64,000 bases of DNA, taken from Thelocarpon superellum (lineage: Eukaryota). This document shows positions 36,675 through 48,400 of this stretch, piece after piece (within the stretch, counting starts at the first letter, position 1; each line of letters starts with the position of its first letter). Position numbers and translations under genes: made by a program. The notes below the pieces were generated by a model. It saw only the letters and a program-made list of their open reading frames with translations. It had not been told where the DNA came from and made no database searches. Where the stretch lies: NCBI GenBank assembly GCA_026025795.1, contig JAPEUG010000043.1, positions 1-64,000 on the forward strand, written 5' to 3'.

Positions 36675-37590
36675 ATGAATCCGTCTCGTCCGCGAAGAGA
36701 CATAGAATCGCGGCACGTGCGAGCTCTCCTTGTACGCCGTGTCTCTCTCCTCCGTCCATCCCATCCCACTGCCGTGCACGACTAATCGCTTCCCCCAGGC
36801 GGGCGGGATAGCAGGCACGACGGTCGACCTGACGCTGCACCCGCTTGACACGCTCAAAACCCGCCTCCAGGCCTCGCATGGCTTCGCACGCAGCGGCGGC
36901 TTCCACGGGATCTACAAGGGCGTGGGGTCAGCGCTCGTCGGCTCCGCCCCGGGCGCCGCGCTCTTCTTCACCACTTACGAAGCCAGCAAGGCCTTCCTCG
37001 CACAGGCGCGGCCCGGCCGTGGCAGCGAGCCGCTCGAGCACATGCTGGCGGCCAGCGCGGGCGAGGTGGCCGCGTGCGCGGTGCGCGTGCCCACCGAGGT
37101 GATCAAGCAGCGCGCGCAGGCCGGGCACTATCCCTCGAGTTGGGCGGCGCTGCGGGATACGGTGAGGCGGGGGGCAGGGAGTCAGAGCGGATGGGGCGGT
37201 GTCGCGCGCGAGCTGTATCGGGGGTGGAGCGTCACGGTGATGCGGGAGGTGCCGTTTACCGTGATCCAATTCCCGCTGTGGGAGGGGATGAAGGACGCGA
37301 GGAGGCGCGCGACGGGGCGTCATGGCGTGTCGGCGGTGGAGAGCGCGCTGTTTGGGTCTGTGGCGGGCGCGGTGGCGGCAGGGGTGACGACGCCGCTGGA
37401 TGTGCTGAAGACTCGCCTCATGCTCTCCAAGGAAGAACAACACGTCTTGCCCCTCTTGACGCAGATCTTGCGCGACTCGGGCCCCCGGGCCTTCTTCGCC
37501 GGCATCGGGCCCCGCATTGTTTGGATCTCTCTTGGGGGTGCCATCTTCCTTGGCAGCTACGAGTGGGCCCACAACACCCTGGGTGGATGA
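36675..37590 (+). CDS. PET8: Mitochondrial S-adenosylmethionine carrier, 2 exons
   Basis: AGTTVDLTLHPLDTLKTRLQ, VRVPTEVIKQRAQ, MREVPFTVIQFPLWE, TTPLDVLKTR; three carrier repeats; intron 36732-36798. Confidence 0.93.
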
Positions 37591-37666
37591 GGAAAAGGGT
37601 CGCATGGGTATCATTGCTGGTATTATCGCGAGATGCAGGATGTTCACCAAGCACTTGACACAACCA

Positions 37667-37690
37667 CATCATCATCATCATCATCATCAT
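37667..37690. repeat. (CAT)x8 microsatellite
   Basis: In the 105-bp gap between the PET8 and WDR48 stops. Confidence 0.9.
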
Positions 37691-37695
37691 CGCCA

Positions 37696-40600
37696 TCATG
37701 AGGAGGTCGACGACTCCTCTTTCGCCCCTGTCACCGAGCCAGCAGACGAGGCGGCTCCGCCATTGACGGGAGCCGGTGTCTCGCCCGATCCATTGATCGT
37801 TGTCTTCTCCCCCAAGATCCGCTTCTTCCCGTTGCTCTTATAGTACAGCAGCACGTCGCCGCCGGTCTTCCACACGTGGGCGCGAAGGGTGGCCAGGGTC
37901 ATGGTGACCGGGATGAGCTTTGACGCGCGCAGGTATCAGCCGAAGGGTGACGAGATGCGGAAGAGAAAGGTGCAAGGGTGACTCACTTGGTTCTGGCAGT
38001 ACAGCTCCAGGTACTCCTCGGGCTTCGGCGCCTGCGTGTCGGCTGCGTCCGGGGCAGGCTCGATGCGCTCGGCCACGTAGGCCAAGATCTTCCGGGCGCG
38101 GAGCATCCGGTTGGCATTGAGCCGAGAGTTCCTGTGGCAGTGGTCAGCCCTGGGCGCCGCAGGTGAGCGGGCTCATACCCACCCGTCCACGCTTGCGATG
38201 TTGGGCAGGAGATCCTGGTAGGGCTGGAGCACAAACGACACCTTGACCGTCTCCTTGAGGGGGATTTGATTCTGTACCAGGTCAAAGTCAGTCCAGTCTG
38301 TAGAGGACAATCCATGAGCATACCCAAAAGAGCAGTCGGCCCAGCCAAGTCGGGGCCGCGTTTTCCACGATGTCGGCATCGCGCCCCATCGTCGCCACCG
38401 TACCACGGTAGAGATCGGCCACACCGCCAGAGTCCGGCCGGTCCTCTTGAATGATGACCGTCGTGCCAGGTGGTGGGCGCAGCACAGGTGTCTCGATTGG
38501 TACGCTCGGCGTGATGCCAATCGGGATCGGTTGGCCCGTGTTTTCCTTGACCTGTCGGTGGTAGCGGTTGCGGATCTCCTGGATCACGCCCCAAAGGCTG
38601 TCGTCGACATTCTCCCCCGCCGCGTCGAGCGCACCAGACGGATCCACCTCGTCAGACTTTTCGTTCGGAACGGCAGCCTTGCTTGCCTCGACAGAGGCCG
38701 AGCGTCCGAGCCGCTTGCTCCCAAAGGACATGCGGAACTTCTTGCCAAACAGCGAGCCGCCTTCCTTGGGCGCAGCCTCCTTGTCGGGCCCGGACGGTGA
38801 AGTGGGCAGACGCTCCTCACCAGCATCGCTCGGTGGGCCGGTTGCTGGACCATTTGACGTTCCAGCCCCGTCCCCGACGCCACTGGCCGAGGGTCCATTG
38901 GGCCCGGCCGAGAAGTAGTCGACCGACCGCTCGGTGGAGGAGCGCGGCTGGCTATAATGCGACGATCGCTGGTCCTGCTCCGACTGCTCGTCGATGGTCT
39001 GCGCCGCGACGGACTCGCCCGCCACGCTAGCGGCCGCCGCCACCGGCACCGGCACCGACACGATGGAGGGAGTAGCCACGCCAATGCCAAGTCCAGGCGT
39101 CGTCAGAGGCCAACTGTGCCCATTGACACCACCCGCGGTACCGGGCGGATGCAACGAATGGGATGGGTCGGATCCATTGGCCATGGTCGACGGAGGCATC
39201 TGGATGGATCCCGGGGCATTACCACGTCGGACACGCGTCTGCTGCTCCCGGCCCTCGCTCATTCCCAAGCGATAGCTCTCGTCACGCCGGAGCTCCTCGT
39301 CGATAAACGTGGCGAAGAGATAGCGCAGGATCCATTTCCCCAAGTTAATGCGCTGATCATCGCGAAACTCGAGTCCTTCTTGTGGTTCAAGCTCGTCGGC
39401 ATACATCTCCGCGTCAAAGCAATGATTTTCCTCGAGGACACACGCTAATCGCCCGGTCCGCGTGTCGACAGCACACCAATTCGCGACGCTCTCGGTCGTG
39501 TTCACCTCAGGCGCAACATCCTCGAGGTGACGCTTGCCGAAGGAGCGAATAGGCTCGCACCGGACCAGGTCCCACAGGACGACCTCACCGGCAGTGTCCA
39601 GGGTCAAGACTCGACGGCGGTCATTCAACATGAAATGCTTAATCAGCCCATGCTGGCCTTGGATGGACTCCTCTGGCGCGCTACAGTATGGTATCACGAT
39701 GTCTGCCGTCCCGTCTGCCTCAGCGTCCGCGTCTGCCTCAACGTCGGCTTCTCGCTTGGCCGACGTGACAATGCGCTTTCGGGCGCTATGCGCCGAGGCG
39801 ATGGTCGTGGCATCGGCGTCGCGTGTCCCGCCGGTGTGAAAGTGCGGGATATTAGCCAGGGGCAACATGGACTGGAGCGGCACGGGTTTGGAGCCGCCGC
39901 CGGGGGCCAGGGGCAAATCTAATGGCGAGGGCTGGGCGGAGTTTTTCCGGCGTGGGGGGCCAATTGGCACTGACGGCTGGAGCGCGGGGGGAGGAAGGTA
40001 GGGGGTGGTGTTGACGTCAGCCCAGCGGTTGATGCTCGAGCTCGACGTGGCCGTCCAGACATGGGCGCCGGCGCTGATGACCTTGCTGACGCCGTCGTGC
40101 TCCTGACAGACGGCCAGACAGAGACCCTGTTCCATCTCCGCAGCACCACGCACGTCCGTCTTGGCCACCAAGCCCGAGCGGTCGCTCGAGTGGAAGACGG
40201 ACAGCTGCGGATGGTCCGAGGCGAGGGACCAGACGCTATCGTTGTGCATGGTCAAAGTGTGCAGGCAGCGACCGGCGGTGACGGACCAGACCTTGACCGT
40301 CTGATCCGAGGATGCGGTGACGATGTTGTCACCGGCCTGGTTGATGAGGACTGCGCGGACATTGTCCGTGTGTCCGACGAGCTTCGTTATGCGCCGCCCC
40401 GTTCGTGGGTCCCACACGCGCACGATGCTTTCGGGCCCGCCGCTGGCCATGATAGACTCACCAACGCTGAGGGCATAGACCGAACCCTTGGCGGTGTTCT
40501 GCCCCTCGCCCACGTCGATCTCGAGCTTGAGCCCGGCGCCATTCAGATCCCAGAGGCAGATCTTGTGGTCGAGCCCACCCGAGGCCACCCAACTGGCGTG

Positions 40601-41147
40601 CGTTTGGGGAGTGGAGAGGCACTTGACGTAGTCACTGTGCAGTCCGAGGGTATGGGGGCTTGCATGGTCGTCCGCGTGGGGCCGCCAGACCTTGACGGTG
40701 AGGTCCGACGAGGCCGAGACAAGGGCCGTCTCCTTCTGGGCGAGCACGATATCGTTGATCCAGTGAGTGTGGGCCTGAATCTGGCCGCGCCAGGTCGTGG
40801 CGGGAGCCGATGTGACGGCCGTGGCCGTCGGGGCGAGATCGAGATGCAGGTCCCAGGCACCAATGACGCCATCGCGGCCACCGGAGTATCTGGGCGGACG
40901 CGTAGATTAGCTAGGAGCAACTCCGACGGCACGTCAGCCCTAAGAGGCGGAAGAGGAGCGTGTACAAGATGGATCGGTCACGGTCCACGGCAAGACCGTT
41001 GACGCCCAGGAGGTGTCCTCCCTGTGAGTTGGGCAATGGCAGGACTGTAGGACACCCAGCTGTCAGCGCAGTACGATCGGCCTGCACATCGGGATGGGGC
41101 GTCGGTTACATACCATAGCTGATCCGATGGCGAGCCTTGCGTGCCAT
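37696..41147 (-). CDS. DUF1: WDR48/UAF1/Duf1-type WD40 deubiquitinase cofactor, multi-exon
   Basis: [94 protein letters not shown]. Confidence 0.9.
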
Positions 41148-42433
41148 TCAGACGCTGGGCCGACATGGGTCCCGTCCTCACCGGAGAGAAATTAGTGGAA
41201 AAGGTCGGCGAGATGACGATCAATCATCACCAAGTCTTGAGGCAGGCCTCAGGTCGATGGAGAATAGGGACGGAGGAGAGAGGACGGTAAGATCGTGGGG
41301 GTTCTCGAATGGAGCCAAGGCGCGAGGCCGGTGGTGCCCCCAACGGTGGAACGGGTCTGGTGGATGTACGAAGTCCGGGTAGAAGGTTCAGTAAGCTGCG
41401 GGCAGCGGTTTCGCTGGACGTCCGGGCCCGATGAGCTATCACCGCTGCTTGCAAGAACCACACACCACTTATTGCACAGTCGGGCACAATGCAAACGTCT
41501 GTGCTTGGCTAGGTATCTACGCTGACTCTTCAGTTGGAATGGCCGGTGGAAAGACGATTTAAGGTATCCATCTCCTGGCCCGGCATTTGGGCCGCCGGAG
41601 GCCGACGGTCGTCCCACGTCATCTCAGGACAGGCGGATCTACGGGCATCTGGACTGGATCATCGTCGGCCCCCGACTTTGGGTATCGTCCGTCTACTTCT
41701 AAACCTCCTATGTCATCGTCTGGTGCTGGCCCAAGGCCTGGGTTGTCTACCGGTGAAGAGAGGCATCCGCAGGGTCAATGCACCTTCGGTTTAGCCGGAG
41801 AGACCGCGCCACCACGTGCTTTTGTACGCGCGTGTCCCTGTACCTCCCCCTTCCCCCATACTGGTACTCCCTAGGACCTAAAAGCCCTACCGGAGACTGA
41901 GACGCCACCGTCGTGCCCAACGTGCTGGTCCACACAGGCAACGGGCTTAGTGTAGGAACGAAGGACTGCCACTCCATCACTATGCTGGTCATGGCAGTGC
42001 TGGTAACGAACGTGGAGATGACGATAGACCGTATAACGCGCACAAGACTGATTCCTCGATCTATCCGGTGTACGTGTCCAGCATGAGTTATCGGTATCCG
42101 TCGCTGCCCGGAACTGCACAGATCCCTCCGGTCGGCAAATTCCGTCCCGGCATATTGGGTTCATTCATCTCATGATCTTGATGCTCTCCCTGTCTCCCGT
42201 CACGTAACTCGTCCCTGGGTCGGCTAATTTTTGATCGCGCGTTCCGCCCCGACGCAAGGACCAGGACGTCAACAATCCGTTTCGCTGATCCTTCACCACC
42301 GCCGCAACCGCTCAGCTTTTCCGTTGGCATCGGTGGAAACAGAGCCGACGCACCTCCCCAGGGCTACCCATCTGCCCGCGCGGAAACCCAACCATCATGT
42401 CCTAGAGCCGGCGTCGTCCGGGCCCTCGACAGT

Positions 42434-45400
42434 ATGGAGAGCCCGCTCGTCTCTCCAGGGGCAAACGGCGCCCCTCCGGCCCCGTCTTCGCCCTTTCCCC
42501 CCATCGGCATCAACCCTAGTCGAGTGGTAGACTACCTCGTCGAACTCTTACAGATCACTCTCGGTGCCTCGCGGGCCGACCTGGAGGGGCCCGGGAGCCT
42601 CTTATCCGCCGCCCGTCATGCCGATACCGTCCAGCGCTGCACCCGCTTCGCCGCGGAAGCCCAGATGGTCTTGTACGTCCAGAAAGATGTCGTCCTCATT
42701 GACGGCCCCCTCGATGGCGCCGAGGAGGCGTCCGTGGCTGGCCAGTCCTACACCTACACCGTTTCCTCTGACATCTCCTTTGCCTCCACTACCGCCGCGT
42801 CGGTCGCCTTGATCAAACGGCCGCAACCCATCGATCCGACCATCCCCATCACCTCCCAGATTCAGATCATCAACCTGCCCGGCATCGCCTCCCTGAATCC
42901 AGCCGTGGCGGGGCAGACCCCTTCTACCGCCGCCTTTGAGGTACTCCATTCCGTCGTCCACCTAGCCCTGGCGCCCTACTTCGATGCCTATACCAAAGGC
43001 CAGGAGTCACAAGGCTCCAAAGGTCGTGCCGATGCCGATGCCCGCACCGGTATCCCCGGCACCAAGAAGAAGCTCGCCGAGCTCGAGCTCAGCTTGTTGC
43101 ACCTCCAACAGAACATCGAGATTCCCGAGCTCGCCTTGCCGCTCCATCCCGTGGTCCAGGCCGCCGTCGACGAGGCCCAAGCCGCCAACACTCGGCCCTC
43201 GCTCAATGATGTGCCCGCTTCCTTGCTCCCCGACAGCACGTTCCAGAATAGCGTGCAGCAGACGGTGAACGCCTGGATTAAGTCCATTCAGACCATCACG
43301 AAGATGTCACGGGACCCGGAGAGCGGCACCGCCACGCAGGAGATCAACTTTTGGCTGTCGCTCGAGGCCGCGCTCGAGCGTATCGAGACCCAGCTGCGCA
43401 GCGACGGCGTTCAACTCACGCTCGACATCCTCAAGAACGCAAAGCGCTTCCAGGCCACGGTCAGCTTCGCCGCCGACACGGGCCTGAAGGAGGCCACCGA
43501 GCGGGTGCAGAAATACAACGTGCTGATGCGTGACTTCCCCCTCGACGAGCTGCTCTCCGCCACCTCTCTCACGAAAGTGCAAGAAGCGGTCGCCCTGATC
43601 TTCGCCCACCTGAACAAGAAGCTCCGTGTCTGCCTCTACCCCATCCGCCGCACCCTCCCGCTCGTCACCGCCGTCTCCGCCGACCTTGACGCGCAGCTAC
43701 ATAGCCTCCTACACGGCCGCTCCCTGATGCACCTCGACTTCCGCGACTTCCAGCTTCTCATGAGCACCACCGATACCATCTGGAGTACGTGGGACGAGAA
43801 TATCAAGGAGTTTACCAACGTCGCCCGCGACGTCATGCGTCGGCGGAACGAGAAGTTCATCCCCACCAAGATTCAGCCACGCTTCGGACAGACGCGCGAT
43901 CGCCTGAATTACATCAAGACCTTTCGTGTCAACCACGAGCAGCTGCAACGGACCATCGTCGCCGTGCTAGGCGCCCCTCGCCCGGACGGTGGCGCTGCCC
44001 AGGCCGCGACCCACGTACTCGCACCGGTCGAGGAAGTAGGCGATGCTGATGCCGTGGAGGAGGTGACGCAGGCATACGCCGCGCTCAAGGACGTTGACGT
44101 GCTCGACGTCTCGCAGGAAGGCACGCGGATCTGGGTTCAAGCCGAGGACACGTACAGCGAGCGCACAGCGCGCGTCGAGAACTCCATCATTGCCCGTCTG
44201 CGCGACCGGCTGGCGACGGCCAAGAATGCCAACGAGATGTTCCGCGTCTTCTCCAAATTTAACGCGCTTTTCGTGCGACCCAAGATCCGTGGTGCCATCG
44301 CGGAGTACCAGAGTCAGCTGATCGACAACGTCAAGCACGACATCGCTGCCCTTCATCAACGCTTCAAGCAGCAGTATGGACATTCCGAGGCCCACGCCAT
44401 GGCCCAGTTGCGCGACCTACCGCCTGTCGCCGGCGCCATCATCTGGGCACGGCAGATTGAGCGACAACTCGACGCGTACATGAAGAAGGTCGAGGACGTG
44501 CTTGGTGCCAACTGGATCCTGCACGCCGAGGGCCAGAAACTCCAACAGGAGAGCGCCATGTTTCGCAAGAAGCTCGACACCCGTCCCGTGTTTGAGTCCT
44601 GGCTGCACGACGTGAACCGGCGCCATCTTGCCATCGCCGGTCGCCTGTTCCGGGTGCAGCGGAGCCGGGCTGCAGCCGCAGTCGCCGCCGCCGCCGCCGA
44701 GGGCCAGGGCCACGCGCTCGAACTGGCGGTCAACTTCGACGCGCAGGTGATCGCGCTTTTCAAGGAGGTGCGCAACCTGATCTGGCTCAACTACCAGGTC
44801 CCGCATGCCATCAGCAACGTGGCCAAGGAAGCCAAGCGCGTCTACCCCTACGCCGTCAGCCTCATGGAGTCTGTCCGTACCTTCACCCAAACCACGCGCC
44901 AGATTCACGACATGCCCGACGTGGCCGTCTTGCTGCACGGTTATCGCGAGGACGTGCAAACGCGCATCGCCACCGGCTTACCGCTGAAGTGGGAGTCATT
45001 CGTGCACGCCTACGACATCAACGTGCGGCCTTCATACCTGGGACCTGCGGGTGCCCTGGAGTCTGCCACGGCCACCTCATCGACAGCCACCACCACGCGT
45101 GCCGAGAGCGAACACGTGCAGTTTGTCCGGGGCTTTGCTGCCGCGGTCGCCCTCCTGCAGACGAAGACCGCGACCCTAGCAGCCATCCGCGAAACCGTGC
45201 AGACGGCCGTTGAGGAGCTTCGCTCCTGCCCCTACGACGCCGTTGCCCTGCGGCGCCGCCTCGACACCATTCAGACCGCGGTCGACCAGCTCAATCTCGA
45301 GAGCTACGTAAACCTGGCTCCCTGGGTCGCGACGTGCAATGGACAGGTCGAGACGATCCTGCTCACCCGGCTGCAGCACGCCGTCGCACGCTGGGTAGCC

Positions 45401-48400
45401 GTCTTCCAGGACGACGACGTGCAGGGTGCCAATGAGGATAGCCTCCGCATGTCCACCACCCAGCGACCCGACGCGGATAAGGCGGTAGCCGCCGCCTCGG
45501 ACCCGACCTTGCGCCGGCTGGTCCACGAGGTGGCCATGCGCAATCAGGTCATTTACCTGGCGCCGCCGCTGGAAAACGCCCGTGCCCAATGGGTCGGACA
45601 ATTGCACGACTGGCTCGGCGTGGTGTGCAACCTACCTCGCATCCAGGCCGCCCGCTACGAGATGACCATCGGCCCCACCGCGGGTGATCCCGAGGCCCAC
45701 GCCACCTTCGCTGCGCTGCCACGACGCTGCGCCGCCGACTTGGCGCTCGTCTACACCGCCATCGAGCGGCGTCTCCACGACGTGGGCGCTTATGTCGACA
45801 AGTGGCTGCAGTTCCAGTCGCTCTGGGATCTAACGGCCGACCAAGTCTACGACGTACTCGGATCGGACCTGGCTAGATGGCTGCAGCTGCTGCAAGAAAT
45901 CCGCAAGACTCGGGCCACCTTCGACACGACCGAGGTGCACCGGAGCTTTGGTAGCATTACCATCGACTACGAGCAGGTACAGACCAAGGTCAACGCCAAG
46001 TACGACCAATGGCAGCATGAGATCCTCCTCAAATTCGCCTCCCGACTTGGCCAGCGCATGCGCGAGGTCTACACCGAGATCGAGAAGGCGCGCCGCGACC
46101 TCGAGGGCCAATCGCTCGAAGCGTCATCCACCGCGCAGGCGGTGACCTTCATCACCGTGGTGCAGCAATGCCGGCGCAAGGTGCAGGCCTGGGGTCCCGA
46201 GGTGGAGCTCTACGGACAGGGTCAGACGACGCTGTCGCGGCAGCGTTACCAGTTTAGCAACGACTGGCTGTACGTGGAGCAGATCGACCACGAATGGGCG
46301 TCACTCACGGAGATCCTGGCGCGCAAGAGCAAGATCGTCCAAGACCAGACGGAGGCACTGCGAGCCAAGATCGTGGCCGAGGACCAGGTCGTGCGCGACA
46401 AGATCACGGCCATCGTAGCCCAGTGGGGCGAGGAGAAGCCCGTATCGGGCACGGTGCCGCCGGCTGAGGCGACAGCGACGTTGGCCGCATTCGCTACGCG
46501 CCTGACGGCGCTGCAGGCATCGGCGGAACTGGTGGCCAAGGCCAAGGAGGCACTCGACCTGCCATCCGCCCCTGACGCCGTGCTGGCCACGATCCTCGAA
46601 GAGGTGCGCGACTTCCAGAGCGTGTGGGCCGCGCTGGCCACCATCTGGGCGCGCCTCGGCGAGCTGCGCGAGACGCTGTGGGCGTCCGTCCAGCCGCGCA
46701 AAGTGCGCCAGGCGCTGGATGGTCTCATCAAGATGACCAAGGAGATGCCGAGCCGCATGAGACAATACGCCGCGTTCGAGCACATGCAACACGTCCTCCG
46801 GCAGCTGCTCAAGTCCAACACCTTGCTGGGCGAGATGAAGTCGGAGGCGGTGCGTGAGCGGCACTGGGTCAAGATCCTCAAGGCGCTCAAGCCGCAGACC
46901 CGCTATGCCGCAAGCGCCATGACGCTGGGCGACGTGTGGGACCTCCACCTCGCCTCGTCGGAGCCCGTGATCCGCGACATCATCGCGCAGGCGCAGGGTG
47001 AGATGGCGCTCGAGGAGTTCCTCAAGCAAGTCCGGGAGACCTGGACCTCGTATGCGCTCGAGCTCGTCAACTACCAAAACAAATGCCGCCTCATCCGCGG
47101 CTGGGACGATCTCTTTGCCAAATGTAGCGAGAATCTCAACTCCCTCCAAGCGATGCGCCACTCGCCTTACTACAAAGAGTTCGAGGAGGAGGCGGCGTCG
47201 TGGGAGGACAAACTGAACCGCGTGCACGTTCTCTTCGACGTCTGGATCGATGTGCAGCGCCAGTGGGTCTACCTCGAGGGCGTCTTCACCGGCAACGCCG
47301 ACATCAAGCACCTGCTGCCCATCGAGTCGTCACGCTTCCAGAACATCAACTCGGAATTCTTCGCGGTCATGAAGAAGGTGTACAAGGCGCCCTTTGTCCT
47401 CGAGGTCCTGACCATCTCTGGTGTGCAGAAGTCGCTCGAGCGCCTCGCCGAGCTCCTCAACAAGATTCAGAAAGCGCTGGGCGAGTATCTTGAGCGCGAG
47501 CGAGTGTCCTTTCCCCGCTTCTACTTCGTGGGCGATGAGGACCTCCTCGAGATCATCGGCAACAGCAACGACACGGTCCGCATCGCCAAGCATCTGAAGA
47601 AGATGTTCGCAGGCCTGGCCGGCCTGATCATCAACGACGACCGCGTCATCTTGGGCTTCACCTCGAAGGAGGGCGAGGAAGTCCGGCTTACGCGTGAACT
47701 GTCGCTCATCAAGACGCCCAAGATCAACGACTGGCTCACGGCGCTGGAGACGCACATGAAAGCTACCCTGGCCGAGCGGCTGGCTACCGCCGTCGACGAG
47801 TTTAGCGGGATCCTCGCTCCTGACACCCTCGACCAAGCCGCCTTTCGCGCCTACATCGACACCTACCCAGCCCAGATTGTGGTTCTCGCGACCCAAGTCG
47901 TGTGGACCACGGCCGTTGAGGCCGGCCTGGCTGCCGGAGGTGACCCGTTATCGCGGCTGCACGCGCAAGAGATCCAAATCCTTGAGCTCCTCGCGGCCAC
48001 GGTCCTGCAAGACCTCCCCCTCATCACGCGCAGGAAGTGCGAGCATCTCATTACCGAATGCGTCCACCAGCGTGATGTGTGTGGGGCGCTCGTATCGCGT
48101 GGGGCTGACGCGCCGACGCACCCGCTCTGGCTTCGGCAGATGCGTTATGTCTACCGGGCCGAGGGCGAGGTGCGACAGCGGCTGCGCGTCCATATGGCCA
48201 ACGCCACGCTTGAGTATGGCTTCGAGTACTTGGGCGTGGCGGAGCGGCTAGTGCGCACGCCGCTGACGGACCGCTGCTTCCTGACGCTGACGCAGGCCCT
48301 CTGCCAGCGGCTGGGTGGCTCGCCTTACGGGCCCGCAGGAACGGGGAAGACCGAGTCGGTCAAAGCGCTGGGCGTGCAGCTTGGCCGCTTCACTCTCGTC

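Noticed and set aside
37418..37843. Poly-Met and poly-His ORFs
   Set aside because: Artefacts of the (CAT)n microsatellite
42014..42055. Box C-like ATGACGA and box D CTGA with short terminal GGA/TCC
   Set aside because: Only about 23 nt between the boxes and no convincing rRNA guide; too short for a C/D snoRNA
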